Source: Mytilus californianus (lineage: Eukaryota). Taken from it: 64,000 nucleotides of DNA. A program made the position numbers and the translations under genes. Below are positions 13,626 to 25,070 of the stretch, piece by piece; positions within the stretch are counted from its first letter, which is position 1; each line of letters opens with the position of its first letter. The notes beneath the pieces are model-generated. The model did not search any database, was not told the origin of the DNA, and saw only the letters and a program-made list of their open reading frames with translations. The stretch lies in contig NW_026262690.1 in the NCBI RefSeq assembly GCF_021869535.1, positions 68,510,001-68,574,000 of the forward strand, read 5' to 3'.

Positions 13626-13844
13626 ATTTATTACAAAAATACTGCTTCCGTTTGAGAACTTAGGATGAAAACAACAGGACCAAGTGGTTTGGGATATCCC
13701 AATTATGTCCGAAATACTGTAAACTTTTTAATACTTTTTTTCTTATTATTGTCCTTTTTCATACCAAATAACTCTGAACAACCACTCGAACTTTAACTCA
13801 ATGGATAGCGATTCCCATCCGAAGCACATTAAACAAATGATATA

Positions 13845-14407
13845 TTGAAATCTGTTTAAAAATAGAACATATTTTTTTCCGAATTGGTCACATGGTTTTA
13901 CCTCATCAAGTAATGGGATAACCACATCAAAGAATGACAGGACCACATCAGATAATGAAACAAACACATCATATAGTGTAAAATCGTCAAATTTTGAAAC
14001 ATCATTGCGTAATGTTAAAACCATATAAAGAATAGGCAAATCACCATTACGAAATAACAAAACCACATCATGTAATGAAACAACTACATAACGTTAAGTC
14101 ACATTCACATCAAGTAATGTTAAAACCACATTGACTAATGACACAACCACATTAAATAATGGTGAAACCACATCGAGTCATGACAAAACCATATTGAGTA
14201 ATGACAAAACTATATCAAGTCAATACGAAACCATATCGTGTAATATCGATATATCATTAAGTAATGACTATTCCATATTGAGTTATATCAAAACATCATT
14301 ACGTAATGTCAAAACCATATTAAGTAAAGACAAAATATCATCAAGTAATAATAAAACAACATAAAGTAATATCAGAGTTTCACATAAGACAGCTGTGGCG
14401 TTCCATA
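13845..14407 (-). repeat. Right arm of long inverted repeat (21-bp periodic)
   Basis: Ends cagctgtggcgttccata, the mirror of tatggaacgccacagctg at 10873. Confidence 0.95.
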
Positions 14408-14455
14408 GCATATGTCAAACATATTTTGTGCTAATTAGAACACGGCTTTGTTTAC

Positions 14456-15819
14456 AGAGGGGGGCAAGGGGGGATCCAATAACAGCAAAACAGCAAATTG
14501 ATTTGGCTTAAAACTGATAACAAGGAATTGAAAGGGCATAAGAACAGATAACAGTGAATTAAGAATTGTTTGAATCTAATATTTACGTATTGGGATACAG
14601 GTAATATTATCCCCATATACATGACATATGTAAAAATTCGTACGAGTTCGGCGGAACCCAGTGTCTCGCCTACTTTTGCTGTTAGTCGCAGCTGGCTCAA
14701 CGAAAATGGGGAAAAAATTATGAAAAATTTAACCACAGAGTGAATGTAATGTTAACTGGCAGAAAAACTAAGTCATTTTATAAGTGAAATACGGATAAAC
14801 AAGACTTATTTTTACAAAATGCCCTTCTAGATACTATCTTATGATCATAAACAAGCTTCTGTCCAAGTTATCAAAATATTTAAAACTTTAACCACAGAGT
14901 GAAAGTAATGTTAACTGGCAGAAAAACTAAGTCATTTTATAAGTGAAATACAGATAAACAAGATTTTTTTTTACAAAATGTCCTTCTAGATACTATCTTA
15001 TGATCATAAACAAGCTTATGTCCAAGTTTGGTAGAAATCCAGGATAGTTTAAGAAAGTTATTAAAATTTCAAAAACTCAAACCACAGAGTAAATATTTGT
15101 GGACGCCGCCGCCAACGGAATGTAGAATCGCTTTTGCGGCAAAAGTTGCAGGCTCGATAAAAATCAAATTCGAACAATTCTTTATATTACAAAAAGGAAA
15201 ACATGGATACCTGATGAGGATAGGCCTAGGTCCATACGGACTTAACCGAAACACCTTTTATATAATAAAGAACACAGACTCAGCTCTGTGATTCTTTTTT
15301 AAGAATACGCACATTATTCAAATTACAAGCACGCCGTGTGAGTTTTTTTAAAATGTTCACCATCAAATGATGAAAACAGTATTCCATAACATAAAATTAT
15401 CATCATACATTGAGTCAAAGAAAATGAATTTATCACAAAGGATTATAATAAGATATACTGGAATAGTCCTGGACACGACTGATTTTAATATGTTTAAGTG
15501 ATGGTCTGTGATGTGTACATTACTGGAATGCTTCTCAGAATAAGAGACCACCATATTACCAGTTGTAAGACCCCAATGTACAATGATTTTCATTTTCTAC
15601 CGAATATTGGCTGTCAAAAAGCTAACATTCCAATTTTCAATAACAGTTAACAGCAAATACATTCTCACAATAACAGATAACAAAAAAGATAATAGTCCTA
15701 TAACAGCTAACAAGGAATATGACAATAACAGCTAACAGCAAATACAATTTCAGAATAACAGATAACAAAGAATTAAATTGCCCCATAACAGCATAACAGT
15801 TAAACCTCTTGCCCCCTCT
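14456..15819. mobile_element. Non-autonomous DNA transposon, AGAGGGGG(G)CAAG TIR, 4-bp TSD TTAC (Kolobok-like)
   Basis: ttac|agaggggggcaagg at 14452-14470 and cctcttgccccctct|ttac at 15805-15823. Subterminal ataacag repeats at both ends, arrayed at 15640-15800. Confidence 0.6.
14631..15160 (-). mobile_element. HINE-like element with ~160-bp internal tandem units, nested in the TTAC element
   Basis: Minus 5' tttttatcgagcctgcaacttttgccgc...ggcggcggcgtcc. About 2.2 units start ttaaccacagagtg (14728, 14888, ~15079). 3' taggcgagacactgggttccgc. Confidence 0.7.
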
Positions 15820-16189
15820 TTACAAGGCGAAATAAGGACGTCATATTAGAATTGGTTTCAACAACGTCACAAGTCGTGTTTAAATAATGTCAACAATGCA
15901 ATAAATAGCTCGGAACCGTTTCTTCTGTATTTAAATTATGATAAGAGTTTTGATAAAAGAATTATAAGCCCATTTTTTTTAATATTTAAACTGTTGAATC
16001 AGTGCATTGCATTATAAATCAAGACTTGTATTGACCCTTGTTGATAGCCTATATCTTTTATCAGTATTACATGTATGAAAATAAACAAGGAAACCATGTA
16101 GTACTGAAATTCAACACAATTTCTCCGGTTTAAGACTAACACCCCTTCCCGCATGAAGGGTAGTTGTTTCGATAGGCCAGTGTTAGGAG

Positions 16190-16425
16190 AGTACCAGAGT
16201 TGACTGGGGTATAGAAATGGGGTCCATAGGTGGTCTGTTACAAGGCTAAATCCCTGTCCCCATCCAGTTTATCCTAATTTTCCAGTGGCATTCCATATTG
16301 CCTGTCCTTCATCCTTCCCCCTATTTTATAAAATGTTGATTTCAATCTTGTTCTCGACCTTAGCATACATGCAATATTTGCCACTAGAGGTTAACCAAAC
16401 AACAATCAATCAATCAATTCTAACA
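16190..16425 (+). mobile_element. SINE-like 3' fragment ending in (AATC)n; orthologous copy at ~31080-31375
   Basis: Tail ttgttctcg...atttgccact.gaggttaa.caaacaacaa.caatcaat is shared at equivalent positions in both duplicated units. Confidence 0.4.
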
Positions 16426-17468
16426 AAAAAGACCCTCAATAGCCTGACCCCTCTTATTGAGGTATATATATTGTTAATGCATAGACTTTTTACAAATCAC
16501 ACTTCTTAGGTTGTCTTGTTTTTTTTCGTACTTGGTCGGAAAACAACAACGATAAATCAATCAATTAATTAACATGTCAAGCTGGGAAGGGAAGGGGGGG
16601 GGGGGTGTATAAAGACATACTTAGTCGTTATAATGGGAAGTTAGTTGGAGATCTCAAGTATTTATACAAAATTTAGCATACACGCGGAAATGCATATGCT
16701 CAAATATATACGTGAAATGACCTTGTAATTAGCGATGGAATATATTTACTAGTCACTGTAGTTTACCTCCCGTTTATAAGGTAAAATCCAACTAAAAATA
16801 ATCTATATGTAAAACATGTTCAATCACCATAACAAATGCATTATAGGTCTGTAAAGTCAAAACCTTCAAAACTATAATATTAGTTATATACGTTGCCATA
16901 CATGTCATTATCTCAAAATAGCAAATCGATATTACGACACATTTTATTATGACATTATTTGAATGTTTTTGTGCTACTGAGAATAACATATTGCATAGTT
17001 TGAAACACGTTGGCCAAGTTTCGACTTCAGAACATGTCGTGAGTTATATTTGTAACACTGTAGATATAATTGTTATAACATATTTGAGCTCACAGCAAAA
17101 TCGAACTTGCATTTTCCTACAGAAATTCTGAAAGGTTTAAAATCGAATATGTATGACGACATTTTTACCAAAGACGTAGGCTCGTCAAAACATTTTCTCG
17201 ATAATTTTGAACTATTAAGAGAATGGTCGACTGAACTAACGGACACTCATCTCTATAAAAACGAACTAATTGACTAAAGTTTTCATTAATGCTCACAATA
17301 ACTTATCCTTTGAACAAGAGTCATAACAATGTTTACAACTGTTCACAGGTTTATGGAAATGAGTATGTATGTTGATATACTTTGACAAAATTTAAATTCT
17401 TGTCTGATAACGGTTATTCCAAAAACACGTGTCATTGCGCCTAAAAATTGGTATCAAATGCATATAGT

Positions 17469-17472
<4 letters not shown>

Positions 17473-17518
<46 letters not shown>
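17473..17518. repeat. (TC)n microsatellite
   Basis: Pure TC run ~90 bp upstream of the first coding exon of copy 1. Confidence 0.95.
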
Positions 17519-17522
<4 letters not shown>

Positions 17523-17604
17523 GTATATATATATACCCCTACAATTGTTCTCTCTTAGCCCTGTATCACACATTGCCTTTAAATGCTTTATTCTTGTAGC
17601 TGTA

Positions 17605-17818
17605 ATGAATCCAAAATACAACGTAGAGAAGAACAAAGATTTAGATCAAGGATGGGCGTGGGTGATTATGGTAGCAGCATGTGTTGCTGGTATCATAAAC
17701 GGACTACTTATCTACGGAGCTGGTGTTGTCCATGTGGCTCTACTCCAGAGGTTTGAGGAAGACAATGCATACACAGCACTGATTGGCTCTATATTTACAA
17801 GTCTCCTCTCTCTCATAG
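17605..17818 (+). CDS. SLC16: SLC16/MCT-family MFS transporter copy 1, coding exon 1 (gene 17605-23450, 542 aa)
   Basis: MNPKY...DQGWAWVIMVAA matches the MCT TM1 motif (D/E)G(G/S)WGW. Acceptor ttcttgtag|ctgtaATG, donor ATAG|gtact. Exons 214+147+804+51+413 = 1629 nt form an uninterrupted ORF. Confidence 0.92.
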
Positions 17819-18239
17819 GTACTTCATACTTAATCATTAGTGCTTATATTGTATAAAATAAAATTTGCTAACATCAAGTTTTAATGGTAAAACATTTATA
17901 AACAATAGGTCTGGAATTTCTAAATTGTGAAAAGCATATTTTTTTTCTGGATTGAAGTACATTATGTATTGTTTCGACAATTCATTTAGAAGTTCCAGAC
18001 TTAACATTTACATTCAACTGAAACGATATACCATCCATTCACTAACACCCATAGACACTTATGCGTAACATTTTGTAGCAACAGGAAATTTTTAATTCAT
18101 ATTGAGAATATCATATCAAGTATATTTAAACATTTGCATATATTACATGAATTCAAATATAGCCTCAACAGGTCAATTAAGAAAAAAACCTTAGTTTTTA
18201 TAAGGCAGATATCACAAACTCAGTCGTCATCACTTTTGA

Positions 18240-18400
18240 ATTGGCATAAAATTTTAATGCTATTTAACTTCGTATTTGATTAGTCCTTCAAACTATTTTG
18301 ATGTAAGCGCCACTGATGAGTCTAATGTTAAAGAAACAACGCGCGTCTGCCGTACCAAATTATTAGCCTTCAATCTTAGATGAGTGTTTCCATTTTAATA
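18240..18400 (+). mobile_element. Decayed hammerhead-ribozyme repeat in intron 1 of copy 1
   Basis: agcgcca-ctgatga-gtct...-acgcgcgtc-tgccgt (~18306-18354) matches the family at 58.4 and 60.3 kb, but stem II and GAAA are disrupted. Confidence 0.6.
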
Positions 18401-18466
18401 AAAAATTAGATTGAATATTCTAAATATATGTCTTTTTATACATTGACACACTGTTTTCTGTTTCAG

Positions 18467-18613
18467 GACCATTAGCCAGTATGCTCATAAATATTTATAG
18501 TTGTCGAATAACGATGATAGTTGGAGGCATTGTAATGTTCATTGGATTTGTCTCAAGCTTTTTCACCTCTCACAATTTGAATTACATACTAATAACCTAT
18601 GGAATTATAGCAG
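18467..18613 (+). CDS. SLC16: SLC16 copy 1 exon 2
   Basis: tttcag|GACCATTAGCC...GCAG|gtatac. Encodes GPLASMLINIYSCRITMIVGG...TYGIIAG. Confidence 0.92.
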
Positions 18614-18717
18614 GTATACAAATTATACGAAAATAGCTTGGATCTTTAAATATAATATATATATATATATAGGTAAGAAAAAAAGTTCACATGCACGGAA
18701 TATATATTTATAATAAT

Positions 18718-18818
18718 ATATATATATATATATAATTCGTCTAAATAACAGCCCAACAATGTTAGATCAGTAAATTTGCGGAAGCAAATTTTTTGTTCTT
18801 CCCTGGCCGGGATTCGAA
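18718..18818 (-). mobile_element. tRNA-derived SINE fragment with (TA)n tail
   Basis: Minus strand reads gttcgaatcccggccagggaagaacaaaaaatttgcttccgc...ttagacgaatta(ta)n, with a B-box. A related tail lies at ~36420-36478. Confidence 0.55.
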
Positions 18819-19203
18819 CTAATAACATTTATGTTTAGTTTTGAAAGTATTTACTTTTTTTGTTAAATATCCTTTCTAACGTGTGATGATTGGGCAAGTT
18901 CATGCCAACGTTTAAAAAAATGAATAAATATGTTTTGTACATTTTGAATTTTGTTTACGATTCCATTTTGATAATGGCGTATTTTGGAATTTTGGACATT
19001 CAAAAATGCATAGGTAGTGCTTTTGCCAATAAAATTTACAAAGTAAGATGAAACTGACAAATGCGAGAACAATCTTTACAATCTAAATCATATCTGTTTC
19101 AGGTTGAACCAAGTATTTTCTTGAGAAATCTGCAACTTTATTTCTCTATTATTATATATATATATTGTTTTGTCCCCATAATGACATCCTTCACTTTTTT
19201 CAG

Positions 19204-20007
19204 GGACAGGTTTAGGTTTGTGTGCAACGCCTCCACTTGTAGTGATTGGATATTTCTTCCATCTTAAGCGTGGACTAGCATTAGCTGTTGTAGTAAGCGG
19301 TGCAGGAATTGGCATGTTTATTGCAGGTCCTCTTTTACAAGCATTAATTAACCAGTATGGACTTCCGGGTGCATTTCTAGTCTTAGGTGCTCTCTCCAGT
19401 AATCAAATCGTAATTGGAACATTAATGCGTCCCTCCGACCTTGAAAACAAGCACAAAAAGGACATGAAAAGGAAACGTGACATGGATATGTTGACTTCAA
19501 AGAGCAATAACAATATCTCATACAATTTAAAGAATCTCCTCCATTTCGACATTTTATCAGATATATCATTTATGTTTTGCAGCCTTCAGTATCTACTTTG
19601 GAATGTACCATTCTCCATTTTGCTATTACACTTAACAAATTATGCAGTTTTGCAAGGCTCCAGCAAAGAAAATGCGGCATTACTAATAACATACATAGGA
19701 ATTAGTTCCGTCTTCGGTAGAATCATAACAGGGCTTTCAGTTGGCCATAATGGTCTAGATCCAGTTATGCTTAATTTTGGATTTAATGGAATAGTAGGTT
19801 TGTTGACAATACTATTTCCTCTATATTCCGGTACATTCCAAGGTCAAACAATTTTCACACTACTCTTTGGTTTATATTCTGGTGGTTTGACAACAATGAT
19901 TAACCCACTATGCATGGAATTAATTGGTGTATCCAAGCTGTCCAGTGGCATAGGAACAATGTATTTCATTGGTGGAGTTGGATATATCATAGGGCCTCCA
20001 ATTGCAG
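19204..20007 (+). CDS. SLC16: SLC16 copy 1 exon 3
   Basis: tttttcag|GGACAGGTTTA...GCAG|gttagt. Contains YFFHLKRGLA (MCT loop 4-5 motif YFxKRRxLA) and TM7-TM11. Confidence 0.95.
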
Positions 20008-20336
20008 GTTAGTAATGCAGTAATACTTTTCTAAAACGCAGAAACTTGTTGGCGACCGGACAATTACTTAGCTTGTTTGTTCTTAATGCTTATTATAACG
20101 AGTATTTTTCTATGAGTTCACCAAACATTCGCTGTGAAACATACTCAATTCCGCCAATTCTAACTTCTATCGTAGAACTCGTGACATGTGTATGTTCTTT
20201 ATTTTCTTTTGATACATATTGATGTTTTATGTTCTTATGGTAGTATCCATATTCATAGTTTAATTGCTATTTTAAAACGACGCTTTTATAAAGTATTCTC
20301 GGCAATTAAAAGAATCTTATTTTTTTTGTTTTTAAG

Positions 20337-20387
20337 GATTTGTCGTTGACAATGGTGGTACATACGAAGATAGTTTTATATTGTGTG
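20337..20387 (+). CDS. SLC16: SLC16 copy 1 exon 4
   Basis: ttttaag|GATTTGTC...TGTG|gtaagt. Encodes GFVVDNGGTYEDSFILCG; a 51-nt exon in all three paralogues. Confidence 0.9.
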
Positions 20388-21589
20388 GTAAGTGACTACT
20401 GTTTTGTGGTAGTTTTGTATATTTCAGTTTGTAAAAAAAGTTATACTGCATTATACATGTTCCTTTTCCATTTATTCTGGAAATGTTTTTGGGTAATTTA
20501 TTAAAGATTTTTGGAATTATAAAATCTTGATCAGCATTGGAATTAGTGAATTTCAAACATGGTAATGCAAGATAATTGAAACACTGTTTAATACACCAGT
20601 TTAATGTTTAAGTTTTTGTTTGGTTTCTTTCAGACAATACAGCCAGCCAGCAGTATGAAGAAAGAGACAAAACACCCAAAGAATCTAATTTTTAACATTT
20701 GATTTATTTTTGTAGCACACTTCCGGATAACTTTAAAAAAGAAGTTATAAAAACTCTGATGTCAAGATTTGTTTGATAACTATTTAACTGTAATGAAACT
20801 CTATTTCATAACAGTTATTACATCTATAGTTATATATTTTGTAAGTATACAATTTGACATGTTTTGAAAAATTAGTATTGTATAGTTGCTTATTATATAT
20901 ATACACATGAATATATGAAAAGGTATTTGACGGAATAAAAGCAGTTGCGTTAAATTATTGGTAAGTGCAGACACCTAGATTATTTTCTTTTTTCTTTTTG
21001 TAAATTTTATTGTCTTTGTTGATATGAAGAAATCATTTAGATATATTTGGTGGTGTTGGTTGGGGAGCTAGGGGATAAGTAAGCTTGTTTTATGAGAGAA
21101 AATATGGTGTCGAATTTAAAATGTGAACAAACACATAATATCATGTATAAAAGTAATAGTTGATTAATATGATGTTGAAGTCTTATTTCATTCGTGAGAT
21201 TCATGAAACGTAAAAGTATATATAAATGCTAATTATTGGGCTTATAACCATCTTCTATGATATAATATATAAAATATTGTATACAGACATATTGATTCAA
21301 TAGTCAACTGCACTGACAGTAAATGGGTGGTGTTGCAAATAGTATTAACAAATTAAACATGTTGAATTTGAACGCAAATTTAAAGAAAAATCTTTTCCTC
21401 TTATTTTCTGGTACATAATGGAATAAAAGTTCTTAGATGAAATATCTATTTGAAAAGAATTCAAGTAAAATCAGTGAAGAACGTTTATAAATTTATCATT
21501 TACAAAACCAATCTACAAATTGTCTTTAGAATTTATACGTTGTTACTAAAAATATATAATAATAGTCATAGGGTCACCGAATAGTTATT

Positions 21590-22130
21590 AACTGTTTTTT
21601 CCGATGGAAATCCAGTTATTGATTTAAGATTGTTCTACGACGGGCGGGCGGCTCCAATTATTTCCGTGTAAAAAACTTCTAAACCGTCCAACCAATACTT
21701 TTCAAAATTTAATATGTTGTGACTGATGACAAATGGAGGACAAGTTAGAAAAAGACGATTCTCACTTTTGTAGTTCAGAAGTTATGGTCCTTTATTGATA
21801 GAAACACGCCACTTTATGTCGTTTCCGTGCAATAACTTATGTACCGTTCATCAACTGCGTTTCAACATTGAATTATAATGTTACTGTTTACAAAATAGAG
21901 GTCAAGTTCGATATTGACGATTTTAACATTTGCTATTTAGGAATTGTGGTTTTGGATTGATCGGAAAATGGCACTTTAATTATGCCATTTCCGTGCAATT
22001 ATTTATGAACTATCAACCGAAGCATTTTAAATAATAATATGTAGTTCCTTATCACAAAATTGAGGTCAAGTTCAATATTGACAATCTTCACTTACAGTTC
22101 AGACTCTATGGCCCTTCATTGCTTTATCAA
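21590..22130 (+). mobile_element. Degenerate HINE-like element in intron 4 of copy 1
   Basis: ttttt...gacgggcgggcggc head and repeated tttccgtgcaat / ggtcaagttc.atatt units. Most of it is absent from the paralogous intron at ~42150-42230. Confidence 0.4.
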
Positions 22131-23037
22131 TGACAGTAATAAATGTAATAAAAACCCATTCACGGTTTTACTTCGTTATGATAACTTTGGAAATTATAAA
22201 ATTTTCGGATTATTGTTCATCCAGATCTCAACTGTGAATGGGGTATTTAAAAAAAACGAATTCTGTAATACCATAGTTATCTTGCATAACTAAAATGGAA
22301 TTTATATGTCAATAGTAAAGAAAAATACATGTTCTGGTTTGGGAAGAATGAGAATTCATAAGGTATTTGAGAACATGTTAACCGATACAAATGTGCATCT
22401 ATACAAACGTGCATCTGTTTTAGCAACTCTTATTCGACCAAATGAAAATTGATAAAAAAGTAAGGATACTTTTTTCGATTTTCAGTTTAAATTGAACACG
22501 TACAAGTTGTATAAGTAAATTCTAACACACATTTGCGACACCGTTCATTTACAGTTCATTACCACTACGCACTGCTTTCTCTGTTAACATATTTGTACTT
22601 TTTATTCACTACAAATTTTCATTTGTTTTTATAAAAATTAGAAAACATTTAAATTTTATTTAAGTGTGTATAAAAACACAGTCATCAAACATTTATAAGG
22701 ACTGCCTGTTGCCTTTGGACGTTAAAAAGTATAAATCGTAACGATGCAATGCAGCTTCTTGAAAACCAAATTTACGCCTTTCCATGATGGAGACTTTTGA
22801 ACAAAGACAATACTTAAAATATGCCATCAGTGTACAACATATGTAGTATTTTTGTCTTTATATTGCCGAATGTGTATCAGTCGTGTGTTGTTTTTCAGGA
22901 AAACGGAATCAACAGAGAAACTTTTTTATCACACGGGCAGTATGAATAATATTGAAAGATTATGAAGGGTCATGAATTTGATGGAAATAACTTTCGTTAT
23001 TAACAAAGTTACATGCATATTGTTTTATATGTTCTAG

Positions 23038-23450
23038 GTGTTTTATTTCTCCTGGCAGCAGTTTTTACGTTGATCTTAAACAACTGGAGAATTCCAACAA
23101 AAGAGGTAGTTGTGGTATCATTAGAGAATCTCAAAGATCCTTCATTTAGCATATGGAATGATGAACTGCATCCTGACGTTGACATATCGGTTAAAATATT
23201 TCAAAATCATGTATGTCATTCGAAAGAAATTATAAGCGAATACAGTGATGTTGCTGAAAAAAATGCCGATGAAAGTGCTAATGTTCAAGACAGTGTTGAC
23301 ATAAAATTGTTGTACGAAAAATCCAGAAACAATCTAGGAAATGGTCATACGGCAGTTGATATACCACCAAATACATCTGATAATGACCATATACTGCAAC
23401 AGGATCATAGTACAGATGAATGTACCCCTATTAATGCTCATTACATTTAA
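23038..23450 (+). CDS. SLC16: SLC16 copy 1 exon 5 (TM12 plus C-terminal tail)
   Basis: gttctag|GTGTTTTATTTCTC... to TAA at 23448-23450. Confidence 0.9.
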
Positions 23451-23867
23451 GCGAAAAATAACTTATGTATGTACTTGGTGAGCAAGATGAAAATCTCTGT
23501 GCTTTTTGTTAACGCATATATTAAAGGTTTGAGATTTTTTAATCAACATTTTCATTAACTCGTTATGATTCCTAAACTTAGGAAATACTTTTGTTTTTTT
23601 AGCGACTTTAGGTATTCAACGTTTCAACTGTAAACCCTTCCAAAGCACAAACGTGTTCAGTGGGGTATCGACTTGTCCCCTTTCAAACATATATAAAAAA
23701 AATAATCCTGCTTGTTTTGAGCCTATATAAACCTGGTTGTATTGTTATCTATTTAATATCGATTCAAATTTTAAAATATATCATTGCACTGAATATGCGA
23801 ATCTGAATAATATAAAAAAAAAACATGTAGGATTGAATCTCGATGTAGAAGTGAGATGAATATCTAT

Positions 23868-24330
23868 GCATGACCAATTCTGTGTTGCCGCTTTATACAG
23901 TGTATAATAGATTTGACCAATTCTGTGTTGCCGCTTTATACAATTTATTATAGGCCTACTATGGAAAAGCTTAAATTGACAAATGTGCGAAAATCGTCTG
24001 GTATAAGTCATGATTAGTAAATAACATTTGAATCTCAGTGTGGAATTGAGATTATTAACTATGTATGTATTAACAATGTATGTCTTTTCATACAATGTCT
24101 AATTGATATGACCAATTATGTATTGCCTTTATATACAGGGTATAATTTATATGATCAATTATTTTTTGTCTAATTGATATGACATATTATGTGTTTCCTC
24201 TTTATACAGTGTATAATTAATATGACCAATGTGGTGTTGCCTCTTTATACTGTGTATAATTTATATGAAAAATTATGTTTTGCCTCTTTAAACAGTGTAT
24301 AATTGATAAGAACAATTATGTTTTCATTCT
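23868..24330. repeat. Degenerate ~41-bp minisatellite
   Basis: Unit about tatgaccaattctgtgttgccgctttatacagtgtataat. Two copies at 23868-23945 and about six at 24105-24330. Confidence 0.8.
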
Positions 24331-24489
24331 TTATATTTTTGAACATAATAATGCATGTTTTAGAAGCATTGTATTAAATAAATAAATTAAATTCATGTTA
24401 AATTTCACATATAAAGGGGAGAAAGTACAAAGTCGGCAAAAAAATAGTTGGAGAAAACAAAACAATTTGACCAGATAAAAAGAAAACAT

Positions 24490-25070
24490 ACTCCATGAAA
24501 TAAATTACAGAAAACTAAGGTTGAGCAGCACGAATCCCATTAAAAACTGGGGCTGAACTTGGGTGCCCTTGAAGTTAAAACTTAAAAAACTTAAAACTTG
24601 ACATGATTTGAAAGTCTAAAAAAACTGCTCTTTTCCAGTACAAAGGACAGACAGGACTGTTACTAGAAGAAACAGAATAGATACAGATATTCAAAAATTT
24701 AACAGCACAAAACATAAGCAACATAGAACATTTTTTAATTAAACTAGAGATGAACTCAGGTGCTCCGAAAAGGTAAAGTTCCTGCTCTACTGGTGATGAT
24801 CGTGTAATTTAATAACCCGGTGATGCCGCATTCTGCAATTCACAATCGAGGAAAAAAGAAGGGCAGCTGCTACTGCCAATTACATATATCCTTCATCTGT
24901 GACAGATATTCCACATCATGATGAAGTCCGTAAAACTATCGAAATAAATAGAACATTACTTGTTTGGATGATCAAATAGATATTTTGCGTTTTATGTCAT
25001 GATTTTCTTAATAGAGGGGTTCTGCTAACAAGGAAAATACGGAAAATAGTGGTCCCTAACTTTTAAAGTT
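24490..25070. mobile_element. Old Penelope-like 3' fragments with an internal orientation switch (orthologue ~45110-45430)
   Basis: gaactcaggtgctccg...gtccgtaaaact matches the minus-strand PLE 3' end. It is followed by plus-strand tcatgattttcttaatagagggg..ctaacaaggaa, matching the PLE RT thumb. Confidence 0.5.

Larger units (their letters stand above)
10873..14407. mobile_element. Putative 3.5-kb fold-back element with 6-bp flanking direct repeat GCATAT
   Basis: GCATAT at 10867-10872 and 14408-14413 abuts both arm tips. No transposase in the spacer. Confidence 0.55.

Noticed and set aside
10916-14364. Thr/Ser/Asn-rich heptad proteins (ORFs 10916-11149, 11252-11464, 14131-14364)
   Set aside because: By-products of the 21-bp periodic repeat. 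They are open on both strands, short, and lack splice or gene context.
15205-15256. Additional hammerhead (ctgatgag...ccgaaac)
   Set aside because: Core words are present, but no stem I partner or stem III/NUH site was found nearby.
17458-17604. N-terminal extension of SLC16 copy 1 from the ORF track
   Set aside because: It runs through a (TC)n microsatellite and an acceptor site and is not conserved in copies 2 or 3. The same logic applies to ORF starts at 23013, 43066 and 47413, which are intronic.
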